A stretch of DNA of 56,805 nt, the filler included, from Sphacelaria rigidula (taxonomy: Eukaryota), in the NCBI GenBank assembly GCA_964200075.2. It is 7 parts of 7 records of this genome, joined end to end, with 100 filler letters (N's around TTAATTAATTAA, not from the genome) between each part and the next. Parts side by side here need not be neighbours in the genome. Positions count along the whole stretch, not along the records: positions 8,131 to 16,160 come from CAXNAA020012577.1; positions 16,261 to 24,290 come from CAXNAA020012578.1; positions 24,391 to 32,420 come from CAXNAA020012579.1; 4 more parts are not named here. The stretch is one strand, 5' to 3'. This document shows, one piece after another, positions 13,587 through 25,150 of this stretch; within the stretch, counting starts at the first letter, position 1, and every line of letters starts with the position of its first letter. The notes under the pieces are model-generated. The model was not told where the DNA came from. It saw nothing but the letters and a program-made list of their open reading frames with translations, and searched no databases. The position numbers and the translations under genes are program-made.

Positions 13587-13777
13587 CTCACAGGCTCGGC
13601 GGGTTACAGTATTGCTGCTCGTGCGGCGTCAGGTCCTGGCTGTATAGGGCCACGAAGAATGACGTCATTGCTTCAGATGAGGAAGCAGTCGGAGCACCTG
13701 TTTTCGCTTTTGCTGGAAATCGCCAGAATCGGCCCCGCCGAAAAGCGGCTGCTTATCCGAGCTGGAACTATCCCCAG
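13587..13777 (+). CDS. Exon resembling the USP9X/USP24/USP34 C-terminal (DUF3517-like) region
   Basis: ttcgcag| acceptor in phase 0; HLFSLLLEIARIGPAEKRLLIRAGTIP resembles recalled USP9X [22 protein letters not shown]; probable AG|GCAAGG donor. Confidence 0.65.
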
Positions 13778-13815
13778 GCAAGGGAGCTGACTAGTATTAT
13801 CATTACCGGCCGGTA

Positions 13816-14180
13816 GCCCCGGTGGCTCAGCTGATAACCTCGAATCTTTCTGACAATTGGATCGTGGATTCAAATCTCTGCATACACACGCGATCTGTTT
13901 TTTTTTCTCACACAATGTCTCCACAGTGGAGAGCGACTATGTCTTGGATATACACAAAATTCGGCGTCCCGGTTGACAACGGGAAGGGACTGCTGACATC
14001 ATCTCGCTATAGAAAATAAGGCAAGCATCCCAGGAGGAAGGTGGAAAGGTATAACAGAATGGCAGAGAAAAAAATCCTGTGTTGGCCTTCCCCCGGTGTG
14101 ACCCTGGCTGATGCGCCCAAACATATCGAAAGGAGTAGACTGTCGTTCAGAGTAGATGAGATGGCAATACACAACGCACA
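13816..14180 (+). mobile_element. tRNA-derived SINE family 1
   Basis: GCCCCGG start, A-box TGGCTCAGCTG, B-box-like GGATTCAAATC; body shared with 40722-40945(-), 41140-41385(+), 49690-49975(-). Confidence 0.7.
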
Positions 14181-15438
14181 CAATATTATTATTCACGCAC
14201 ATTAGCTCGATATCTCGAATCCGTGGTCACAGATATAGGCACGTCTCTCTTATACTCCCTCTGATTATCAATGTAAGTGCAGCAGGGAAAATTCTAAATA
14301 TAAGTGCAATTTGCAGTTTAGGGCGTTCGAGAAGGTATTATTGCACCATTCTTTTTTTGCCATGCTCTGACCACTGGTGCAGTTGAATAAATGGCCAAAA
14401 GCAGGGAGTAGATGATTTCCATCCCCTCTCATTGACAAAAATACCCCGAAACGGAATTTCCAAAAATCTGGCCATTTAGGAAAAATAGGGTATCGTTCTT
14501 TCTCCAGTACGGACCGAGTGAGAGCTATTTTGTTCGTGTTTTTTTTGCCGGAATCTTCACTATGTACAGCGCTCTGTGGACCGGCATCTTGAAAAAATAC
14601 ACGGTACCTTTCCTCTTGACCGGAGGGAAATTTACAGGGTGAAAATGAATGATAAAACTCCAACCCGAAAAATCGGCAACAAGAAAAAATGAAAGAAAAG
14701 TGCGTTTTTGGAAGAAAACGAAATGCGTAAGGTGGGAATCGAACTCGCGACTTTCAATGGACGTCGTCGTGTTGACTTTTTGGCCCTAGTTCCTTATTGC
14801 ACTCGAATTGAGAATCAGAAGGAATAGTTTTTATTCGGTGTTATTTTTTCGTTTTGATCTGCAGTTTCAGAAGAAGCAACGAGAGCTTCGTCTCTTGACT
14901 GTTCGATCGCAAAAATAGTAATTTTCCACTCGGCCCATGCATGATAGCCGCGACGATTTTTTATATGTTCTTACTATCGCGCGTCGAGTTGGAAAGCCGG
15001 GTGCCACCCCCTGAGGTCCGAATGACCACCTGCGTCACCGGATCTTCGGAGGTCAGTCATGTGCATTCTCTTTCTTCTTTATTATTTATCCCTGTTTTTG
15101 CTTGTATTGCATTTTGTGAGTTTTAATCTAGGTATGTATATATATATATATATTTTTTTTCTTCCCCATACCTCATTATAGGTAGCTAGCCTGTGACCAC
15201 AGAAGGCGTCCGCATGAGATGTCCAGTACGAATGTACCGCGCAAATATCGGAACGGTTTTTAATGTGAAGACAACAACAACAACAACGTACGAATGCTTC
15301 TGCAGTAAATATCCAAAATGTTGGCAGGAGGATTGGAAAACGTGAAAAATGGGACAAAAGGCTTCATGATGAAAATGTTTTGAGTCATAGGGGATGGGAA
15401 GATTGTACTCTTTTTCCCATCACTGCATCTACGCCGCA

Positions 15439-15439
15439 G

Positions 15440-15473
<34 letters not shown>
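15439..15473. repeat. (GTT)n microsatellite
   Basis: Direct reading. Confidence 0.95.
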
Positions 15474-15994
15474 CTTCACATCCATAACCGTTGCAGTGTG
15501 TGATTTTTTCAATCGAGCACCGTTATTTGGGGCCGAGTGTACTACTTTTTCAACAAGTGTAATCCCGGTTTCATTCCCTCATTTTTTTGTTCAGTGACGT
15601 GAGCATTTACCTATATGCGTGTTTTGGTCTAATGCGTTGTTTCCGTTCTTGCAGTGCTGAGTTTTTGGAGAGCTTGGATAGTAATGATTCATTTTGTACG
15701 ACGAAAACATGAGTATAGTTAGTTTCGGGCAAGAGAGGGATAGCAGCAGGGGAGTGGCTACGATTGACTACTGTTTTACCAGTGTAATTATCATCTTGAT
15801 TATGTATCTATCTTGTGACAATGCTATGCTGCTAGATTCGTGGCTCATGAGTTGCTGAAATGCGACGGTCAATCGAACTTAATCAATCAATTATTCAATT
15901 ATTCAATCAGCCAGTCTATGTTCGAGCCCAACACGTCTGTTGGTGCGTGCTTTTGTGCCATGTATCTTTTTGTTGGCCCTTCGATTGACCGCCC

Positions 15995-15996
<2 letters not shown>

Positions 15997-16034
<38 letters not shown>

Positions 16035-16042
16035 GTGTGTGT
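15997..16042. repeat. (GT)n microsatellite
   Basis: Direct reading. Confidence 0.95.
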
Positions 16043-16160
16043 CCTTAGTGTTGAATGGGCAACATGTTGACTTGACCATTTTCCACGATCGATCTAGGGG
16101 TGTACTCATGATCATGCATGCCAGTCATCAGACCGTTGACCTCGCATCCCTACAATGCCG

Positions 16161-16260
16161 NNNNNNNNNNNNNNNNNNNNNNNNNNNNNNNNNNNNNNNN
16201 NNNNTTAATTAATTAANNNNNNNNNNNNNNNNNNNNNNNNNNNNNNNNNNNNNNNNNNNN
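16161..16260. other. Artificial contig linker
   Basis: Same N44-TTAATTAATTAA-N44 spacer. Confidence 0.97.
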
Positions 16261-16313
16261 TCGAAAGTTGCGTGATGCCCCATAGAACATCTGTGCAATT
16301 TTTCAGGGTCTAA

Positions 16314-17222
16314 GACCGACTCTAATGGGAGCCGTTCAAAACTCGTGCTCAAAACTGCCTTTTGGGCCGTTCTTCGTCGTTTTACGCCCGAAAAGAGGGC
16401 TCGGCGGATGTTGACGCCTCGGAATGACTTGCTCCACTCATTGAGGTCGTTCCAGGGCAACCTTGCATTTCCCGCTGGCCGCACTTTCATTTTTGGTCAA
16501 ACACAGATTTCCGATAATAAACGGTCAAGCGATCAAAAAACAGGGGGGGATTTTGATCACCTGACAGTTTTTAACTGAAAATCCGTGCCTCGCCTCATTT
16601 GGCCAGAAACAAAAGTGCGGCCAGCCGGAAATGCAAAGTTGCCCTATAATAGAACAGCCTCAACAAGTACAGCAACTCATCCCAAAGCGTCAACATCCGA
16701 CTAGTCCTCTTTTCGGGCGTAAATCGACGGAGAAGGGCCAAAAAGGCAGCCAACTGTAATGGCAGCCGTTCAAAATTCCTGTTCGAAACTGTCTTTATGG
16801 TCCTTCTCCGTCGATTTACGCCCGAAAAGAGGACTTGGCGGATGTTGACGCCTTGGAATGACTTGCTGTACTCGTTGAGACCGTTCTAAAGTAGGGCGAC
16901 TTTGCATTTCCCGCTGGCCTCAGTTTTGTTTCTGGCCAAATGAGGCCAAACACGGATTTCCAGTAAAAAACGGTCAGGTGATCAAAATTTCCCGCTGTTT
17001 TTCGATCGCTTGACCGTTTTTCGTTGAAAATCCGTGTTCGGCCAAAAATGAAAGTGCGGCCAGCGGGAAATGCAAAGTTGCCCTGAAACGGCCTCAATGA
17101 GTAGAGCAAGTCATTCCGAGGCGTCAGCATCCACCTAGCCCTCTTTTCAGGCGTAAAACGACGAAGAACGGCCAAAAAGGCAGTTTTACAGGAATTTTGA
17201 ACGGCTCCCATTAGAGTCGGTC
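16314..17222. mobile_element. 909-bp foldback MITE, PIF/Harbinger-like (TAA TSD)
   Basis: TAA|GACCGACTCTAATGGGAGCCGTTCAAAA ... TTTTGAACGGCTCCCATTAGAGTCGGTC|TAA; the arms are inverted over ~430 bp. Confidence 0.85.
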
Positions 17223-17901
17223 TAACTCCGGAAAACGGCGTGAGGTTTTGCCGATGGGGGGGGTTTGGGTGATGAGCCTGAACCAGCCTCTACTCTTGTC
17301 TACCGTAAAAGTAGCTGCACTTTTGCAAACACCCGTAACGCTCTCAAACAAGAAAAAACGTGCGCTCTCGAATGAAAAAAACTGGCGCAAACGTCGTAAT
17401 AATAAAAGGTGTGGGTGGATGCTTGTTTCGCCCCATTTGGGGGGATATATATATATTTTGCTGTCGGCGGCGACCCTCATGCCTCTCGGGTATTTCGTAC
17501 ACGAAGAACGCCCCCTATTGTTCCGCTTTGTCCCGCAAATAAATGTGCTGTTCTCCGAGTTGTGTGCACTTTACTGTCGCTGCTTTCCTGTCTGTACTCT
17601 GTGCCGTGCTGTACTACCGTTACACAATTCTCGTAACGACGTCTCCGTGTATACACAGTAGTAGACGATGTGCCGAGGTAAAACATGCAGTGTGAGTTAC
17701 GATAAAGCCCAGAGAGCGACAGAGACGGCACAGTTGTACTGCTGTACGACATTCAGTACTTGGAGTGCTGTGACACGATACTGACATCCAGAGAGGAGTA
17801 TGCACTCGATGGCAAAATGCAGGGAGAATGGGAGCATTCAGTATTTCGAACTAGTTCTCTCAGTATGAAGAGGTAATTTATATCTGGAGCAATTCACTTA
17901 C

Positions 17902-18074
17902 TCCGCTAAATCTTCCGCCAGGCTTCATCACGCCCATAACCTTCTGGACGACTTTTGGAGCTGCAAGGCCGGCTAAGACTCCGGCGGCAGCGATGCCCAG
18001 GCCTGCTGTGAATGCCATGCTGTCACTGGATGTAGCGATTGGTGTGCTTGTCGCGCGCATCTTCAGATTGTATC
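17902..18074 (-). CDS. Exon encoding a hydrophobic segment (MRATSTP...AFTAGLGIAAAGVLAGLAAPKVVQKV...GGRFSG); possible start ATG at 18060
   Basis: gcgcag| acceptor, GGA|GTAAGT donor, coding-like composition. Confidence 0.6.
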
Positions 18075-18653
18075 CTGCGCGGGCGAAACGACACAAGAAC
18101 AGCCAAGACGAAGATTGAGAAGCCAAGATGGAGGTTGCGTATTACATTCCGTCGGTGTAACGGACAGTTCAAGTGCCTGGCAGTGGCGAATTCGCCAGAG
18201 CAACGATGGCAGTGTTCATTGATCGACCCACACATGAAATCAATCTCGAGCACGGCAGCCTAGATCAGAGTTTGAAAATGGCGTACCGTGCTCGTTTTCA
18301 TCTTGTGATCTCTGCTTTATATCAGTGCCGTTCTGTGTGTATGTACTGAATGACAGAAGCTCTGTCATGAGCCAGCAGCAGTTGCGATTAATACTTACTT
18401 CGCTTACTTGATACTCAACCATGACGAAGAACTGCTCAAAGTAGCGATGCGTACTGGCTCTCGCTGTGAATATGATACAGCCGAGAAGCTAGATGTCTAC
18501 AAATTAGAGTAGATATTAAGAAGTCACCGCACCTTATCCAATAGCTTCGTATCTGAAAAGGCCTTCGGGTGCAGCTGGCTACATGTAATGATGGAAGGGT
18601 GATAAATTTTCACTGACACGATGAATATCTTTGTTTTTCTAATTACCATATTA

Positions 18654-18764
18654 GATGTATCTCAAACTCGAGGTTCCCGATATTTTCAACAGTAATTACC
18701 CGCACACGGTAGTATTTCACTATTATTGCTGAATGTATCGGGAACCTCGAGTTCGAGATACTTT
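18654..18764. mobile_element. Small hairpin MITE
   Basis: TIR gtatctcaaactcgaggttcccgata ... tatcgggaacctcgagttcgagatac; second copy at 23240-23312. Confidence 0.75.
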
Positions 18765-19338
18765 ATATATATATATTGGATTCCAGAATTTACGTGTGTA
18801 TTACATGATCACCGCTTCAGTTAAGCCGTATTACGGCAAAAAAAAGCCAGGGTCCCCAGGAGGGCCGAAAATATAGGTTCCTCGAAAAATCTTGTCGCCT
18901 CACCAGGAGGCGTGAAAATAGTGGGGGGGAACCACTTTTTTTTCCCCGCCTCTAGCGAATTCATCATGCCACACATTTTCTCACCCGCGGCAAGCAGGCG
19001 GCGAAAAATTGCGATGCATATTTTCAGAAAAAACCTACGACTTTCTCGGGAAAATAAACTTTCTCTCCGAAAAATGTGACATGACCAGGTTTCTCAACCA
19101 CGTCATCGGCAATATAGATGAATAAATCATTCAAGAAGACTGACTACTTGTTGTATAGAGTATAGTATTAATAATTCTTTACTCCGAAAAACTAGCGTCG
19201 CAGCGGATTTATTTCAAGCAATTTGGATAGGAAAAATCGAAAAAAGAAGAAACTATATTTTTTTTCAGAAAAAGCCCGAAAGAGAGTCCCGTTAACTCAC
19301 CTTGGAACTCGACCACAAAACAGTTAATTAAAACATTG

Positions 19339-19432
19339 CACGGGAAGCGTAGGTATAAGGTACCGCACCGAGCGCACCCCCGGTTTACCGGGGTATCCCA
19401 TACCGTGGTATGCGCGGATATCGGAGGTATGA
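19339..19432 (-). mobile_element. Fragment of the right end of the 45744-46589 MITE family
   Basis: Matches the reverse complement of ~46495-46589 (taaggtaccg..cccccgg..taccgtggtatgcg). Confidence 0.65.
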
Positions 19433-19479
19433 GTTAGACGCTCTTCTTGCGTTCTCGTGTCTCCTGTGTTCATCGCGTA

Positions 19480-19541
19480 TTTCCGTTTTTCAGAATCAAA
19501 TTTCCGTTTTTCAGAATCAAATTTCCGTTTTTCAGAATCAA
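19480..19541. repeat. 21-bp tandem repeat, 3 copies
   Basis: atttccgtttttcagaatcaa repeated. Confidence 0.85.
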
Positions 19542-20034
19542 AGTGTCAGATCCACCTTTGGTCATCCTGTCGTCACTGATGTAGACAGGATGACCGTTAT
19601 GATGATCCTGTCCTCAGATGAGTAGACAGGATGACCACGACGGTCATCCCATCGTCGCAAATATAGAGTCATCCGACACCATCGCCCCCCCCCCGCTCCC
19701 TCCCCCTCACACACTCTACTGCTACCTCCCCATCTTCGCACCAGGTGAGAACAAGTCTACACTTGGTGTAGACAGGATGACCACAGCGGTCATCACGCCC
19801 TCGAAACTGTAGTCAGGATGACCATAATAATAGGTGTAGGCAGTATCACGACGATCGCCTCGACCCGGAGCAGTTCGACCCCAGCGCTTTCAACTGGGGG
19901 TTCCCGCTGGGTCAGGAGTCTTCGGATGGCATGTCCTCCGCGGGGGAGGAGGACACCGCCGCCAACGACGGCGACAGTGGCGAGCACGGCGACGGCCGAG
20001 GTGCCGAGGCCGCCGCGGTAACGATCGGGGACGA

Positions 20035-21111
20035 GACCGGCGGCACTACACCCGTGTGGCACGCTCTGCCCTGCCCGTCCAACGCGCGGGATGCCGATCC
20101 CCGCTGCCCCAAGACCTTCTACATCTTCGGCCACATGCCGGACGCCGCTTCCGTGTGGTGGGACAACGTCCTGAACGTCAACGTGGGCGACACATCCGAC
20201 ACCCTCAGTGCCGCGCCGACATCAGGGCCCTGCATCCCTGCGCGAATGAACGGCGGAGAAACGCTGAGAAGGCGAGGAACCGCCGGTCTCATCTCGCGGC
20301 GCGACTCGAACGTACCAGGAGGGGCTCCATCCTCCGCACGACCTCTTGTACCTTAACCGTCCTCTGTGCCGGAGTGTCCTCGCAGCGGGTGAGATGGAGG
20401 CGGAGGGAGCGCGACATCCTCTCTACCGCGACTGTGCGCTTGATATACTTCGCGAGCCCCGGGGTGTAAGCGCGGGAGGCACTCAAGGCGGTTCTTCCCA
20501 ACCCTGGTGAGGCGCGGGGACCAGGGGAGGAGCTCCAGACCCTCCACCCACCATGGGTAACCCACATCGGCCGCGTTGCGCTACGGGAGAGGAGCCTCGC
20601 CGTGCGTGGCGGTCCATTTTACCACCGCGCGTGGACGGATGACGGGGTCCCTAAGGCTGCGCCTCAGGCGGTAGTTGCGCTGGTTGACGGTCTTCGCGGC
20701 ACGCTTCCTCACCTTGCGCTCCTGGACAGTTTCATCGAGATTGATCCGGGAGCAAGACCGGACGAGCGTTATGGCTTCCCTCTCTATGTGTTCGTCGTCC
20801 CTACAGCAGGTCTTAACGTGTTCGACTACGCGACGTTTGAGTCGCGCCGCGAGATGAGACCGGCGGTTCCACGCCTTCTCAGCGTTTCTCCGCCGTTCAT
20901 TCGCGCAGGGATGCAGGGCCCTGATGTCGGCGCGGCACTGAGGGTGTCGGATGTGTCGCCCACGTTGACACTCAGGACGTTGTCCCACCACACGGAAGCG
21001 GCGTCCGGCATGTGGCCGAAGATGTAGAAGGTCTTGGGGCAGCGAGGATCGGCATCCCGCGCGTTGGATGGGCAGAGCAGAGCGTGCCACACGGGTGTGG
21101 TGCCGCCGGTC
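20035..21111. repeat. 279-bp inverted repeat pair (20035-20313 and 20833-21111) around a ~520-bp GC-rich spacer
   Basis: Near-identical reverse complements; both translate as PVWHALxCPSNARDADPRCPKTFYIFGHMPDAASVWWDNV. Confidence 0.92.
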
Positions 21112-21753
21112 ACCATCATAGGGCTCCGCGTGTTGCCTATAACGCGCATACTTTCAGGCACTGACAGCTTGGGTCGAAGGTCGAATTTCGCCCTCGTCGA
21201 AGGTGAGCGGTGATAGGAAAACATTCCACTATCTCATCAAGCTTTCGAAAATAAAAAATGCCGCAGGGTGACGTGGAGCTGAAGGGGTTTGTGAATTGTA
21301 CTGTTTTGAGACTGAGTCTATTTGTCCTGTTTGCACGGGAGCGTTCACACGTAACCTTAGTTAGACATAATATGTGTATGAGCGTGGCTACCTGGCATCC
21401 GAGGTCCTCGGGACAGAACATAGGCAATAAGGAGCAGAAGCAAATATACGAACTTCGCGAAGCCCACCAGACTTTTCGACTTTTGTCTGTCTTTCTTGAT
21501 CAATTTCTTTAACAATATCTAACAAAAAAACAACTCCGAAAAAATAAGAATGCCCTCCTGGACGGGGGGGGGGGAGATATGTCTCTAATAATCTTCTCCC
21601 GACAGACCCCTGAGCTAGCCGAAAAACATTGCTCAACGGACTGGGGTCCGAGAAATCAATCCACGACGGGAGAAAATCACCTGTAAACGGGCTGAAATCC
21701 TTATGTTCATATACAAGTAGACACAGATTGGTCCCCGTAGAAGGTGGTGTTAA

Positions 21754-21850
21754 CCCTTAAACCGCGAGATTAGTCTTTCTGGATCATGCATACTTTTTTC
21801 ACTTGAAATTGATGCCGATTCAACAGAGGACTAATCTCGCGGTCTAAGGG
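21754..21850. mobile_element. 97-bp piggyBac-type MITE
   Basis: TTAA|CCCTTAAACCGCGAGATTAGTC ... GACTAATCTCGCGGTCTAAGGG|TTAA. Confidence 0.9.
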
Positions 21851-22027
21851 TTAAGAAGTGGCCTGACTATTAAGAACGTTGTTCGGGTCAGAGAATCACA
21901 TATGGGGAGTAAGCGACATGTAAAGTACACAAAGTACCATATTCCAGCCGCATGAGCCAACCCAAATTCCACTTGCATGAAAAAATTACTACTATTTGTC
22001 TTTACATTACATTGCCCCCGTCCCCTG

Positions 22028-22283
22028 ATGGCTGGTGGGTGGGTATTAGCTGCATATCTAGCCCTTGGGCTAGGAGTGGGTTGTCAAGCCTTCTATGTGC
22101 GACCTTCTCCCGCTGTTGCTACTCCTACTGCATCGAGGGAAACGAGAGCCCGTGGTGGGCATGTATCGGGCAGACCAAACCCTAACCGCGCATACCAGCG
22201 GGCAGATTGGCAGGATTGTGGGCAAACGATGAGGCGATTTTCTGGTTCAAGTGAAAGTGGTAGCAGCGGTCTATCTACTGAAG
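22028..22283 (+). CDS. First exon of a probable plastid-targeted protein
   Basis: MAGGWVLAAYLALGLGVGCQA-FYVRPS: signal peptide with Phe at +1 (ASAFAP-type), then an S/T/R-rich transit-like region; donor AAG|GTGAGG. Confidence 0.55.
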
Positions 22284-23239
22284 GTGAGGGTACACGATAG
22301 CCTGGTTCATTTCTGCTTTTTCATTCCCTCGTTTTGTGGGGAGCGGAGGACGCTACACCAACACATGTTCCAGAAGTACGTCAATTCACTATCGCCTGAA
22401 GATGTGAGGATACCCATACACTTCCTGCTGTCTGCTTGTGACGTCAAGTTCGTGGCGATGCCTCGGGGATTCATCTGTAATAGGTATTCTACTGATGCAG
22501 TAAATGCATCGTGCAGAGAGTAATTGCAGCACGACAACTATAGTCCGGTTGGTATGTCGTGCCTGACACTGTTGCAAAACTGGGAGCAAGTGTACGGAGA
22601 ATATGCTCCCGATAAAGGAGGTAGCACACAACAGTAAGAACATACAGCTACAGCACATTTGGAATGACACCAACCTTCAGTTGCAATCGGTCCGTCGCGA
22701 CTATTTGTTGTAAAAATCGGACTGTAAAGAAACATGAGAAACTGCAACTTGACCTCCTTGTTTTGAACAGTCTGTTGTCTGTAAAGCTGTAGCGCACACA
22801 GACAGTTGACGTCGTACACCAGGTCGCTTGTACAGTACAGTATGATGACGTCATGCACTCTGAGTAAGTACAGTATAGGTATATCTAGGTATACTATAAT
22901 ATAATAGTGCAGACAATCCATTCCACAGCTAATCGGATGTGGTCGTTGTAGCTTCAACTTGTTCATCTGTGCCGTTGCTAATTCAGCACGTTAAATAGCA
23001 CTGGGCATGGGCAGCCGATGTTGCGCGGGCGGTTGCTTGAAACACTGCCGAATATGCAGGCAACGGCCGTGTTTTGTAGTGAAAAAAATGTTTGCAATAT
23101 AATACATGGTAACAAGGCACCAGCACGGCTGGCGAGAAGTAAACCCTCCGTTCTATTTTGGGTCCCATGTCCCATGGCTACGTCTAAAGGTATTAACACT
23201 AGGGTTGTGTGTCGGCACCGATGCATTGATACTTCAGTA

Positions 23240-23312
23240 GAGGTATCTCAAACTTGAGATTGCCGATATGTTTCACAGTAAGTCATCGGGAAGTTCGAGT
23301 TTGAGATACCTC
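23240..23312. mobile_element. Small hairpin MITE (same family as 18654-18764)
   Basis: GAGGTATCTCAAACT ... AGTTTGAGATACCTC. Confidence 0.75.
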
Positions 23313-23339
23313 AACAAATGGTCGATTTATTTTGTACAG

Positions 23340-23728
23340 TTGGGCGGTCTAACTACAGTATTCATTTTGTGGCATTTTGCGATTTTCTTGGACTTTTTTC
23401 GCTTGCTGCCCCTTATCACATCGGGAATCTGAAGATATTGGTATCTGCTCCACATTCCAAGAAGAAGAAATCATCTGTACTCAATATTGAGTGACTACGG
23501 GCCGACCGGTCATCGGGAGTCCTGCCACGTTTCAGCCCAGGTTCTTACTCTTTTGTATTTTCGGTCGATCAAGCCCATCCCGATCATATTTTTGGAGAAA
23601 TGTACAGTTTATTTTTTTTTTAATTCTGCCTACTCAGTAGTGCACTAGGGCCGAAAAACTGTGTTTCACGGTCAATAGCACCCTCCTGATAAACGGGGTA
23701 TTTACATGTTTCGCCCGATAACATCGAC
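23340..23728 (+). repeat. Dispersed repeat, second copy at 50322-50790(-)
   Basis: Shared gggcggtctaacta...tactcaatattgagtgact...ctagggccgaaaaactgtgtttcacggtcaata. Confidence 0.85.
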
Positions 23729-24290
23729 TAACACTGACTTGGGCACTGTGCTTCGAAGATGGTCTGTTTTTTTGCACCAAAATCTACCGCACTCCTGCGC
23801 CAAAATAAAATGAAAGAATCCAATACCGGAATGCCCGCATAGAAGAACCATTTGACAAGCATTCGGCTGATATCAGCCGTGAAGTAGACAGAGTTCACAC
23901 GAGCGGCGGGCCCGACACAAGAGAGCATCGGCCCAGCTCGTGGTATTGGTTGCAAGCTTTGCTCGAGGCGGGATCGTGGGTGTAGATTTCTGGCTGAAAT
24001 AGTGATGATTTCCCGCGTGGGGTGGTATGAATAGTGGTGCTCTTCATTGGTGCATCTCGTGCACAATGCAACGCCGATAGGTCGCGACCACGCTCAGGGC
24101 ACCAGGCCAAAAGGACGTGTTCCGGCTAGTGCATGAGTATCCAATCCACATGAAAAGGAATCAGGCCATTTGCTTCAACGAGCAAGTAACACGACACACT
24201 TTTGTGCATGCATGCATTGCACCAAGGGGCCCTACAGACTGGAAAACGGTTTATACCCCCCCCCCCCCGGGGGGGGGGGGGGCGGGGAAG

Positions 24291-24390
24291 NNNNNNNNNN
24301 NNNNNNNNNNNNNNNNNNNNNNNNNNNNNNNNNNTTAATTAATTAANNNNNNNNNNNNNNNNNNNNNNNNNNNNNNNNNNNNNNNNNNNN
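24291..24390. other. Artificial contig linker
   Basis: Same spacer. Confidence 0.97.
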
Positions 24391-25150
24391 AATTTTGGTG
24401 TGGACCTTCCCTGGAGCACGGGAAGACGATAGATACCCTCACCTTCACCTAATTCGTAATCTATCTTGAGATATGGCGCACATAAGTTTCCATACCAAAA
24501 TCAGTATATTACGAGCAGATGCGCTAGATTAGCTAAACCTGGATATCGCGTCTCAGTTTTTGAGAGTTATGCTATAAAATTTCGTATGCAGAACCGCTAG
24601 TGCATAATAAAGCTTACAAACATAACTTTTACGATTTATTAGTTTTCATTTTTTCGAGTTTTTGGGCAGTCTTGAGGAGAAATGAACACTGCTTTTGGGC
24701 CTTATCTCAATTTTTCAGCTCAATTTTTAGATTTGTAATTTGAAACTCAGGATAAAGGACCGCAGAGGTATGCTGAATAAAAAATAATATGGGCCCTCAG
24801 TTTTTTTTTTGGGGGGGGGGGGAGAGGTTCGGGCGTTCTCGTAGAACAATGGCGGTTTCCATACTAAAACGCCCTAAACCAGTGAAAAAATGAGAAAAAA
24901 TCAATCTGACCCACTTTGTTTCGTCAATTATACCCTAACCACGGCCCACACAGAGTTTCAATCCACAAACACCAAACGTGGGTGTAAGTGATCTGCAAAA
25001 TACTGTTCCGAATTTCTTCTGACCATGTCACTAAACGGTCCATTATATGACCAATAGTTAGAGTTGGACCGTGAAATCTGGTATGGACAATGAATAGGGC
25101 ATAATGAAAAAAATTACCAGTGCACACAAGGTTTTTTTTTTCATGAGTTG

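Noticed and set aside
17902-18074. Identification as PAM18 or a YghU-type GST N-terminus
   Set aside because: Only superficial resemblance; no diagnostic downstream exon found
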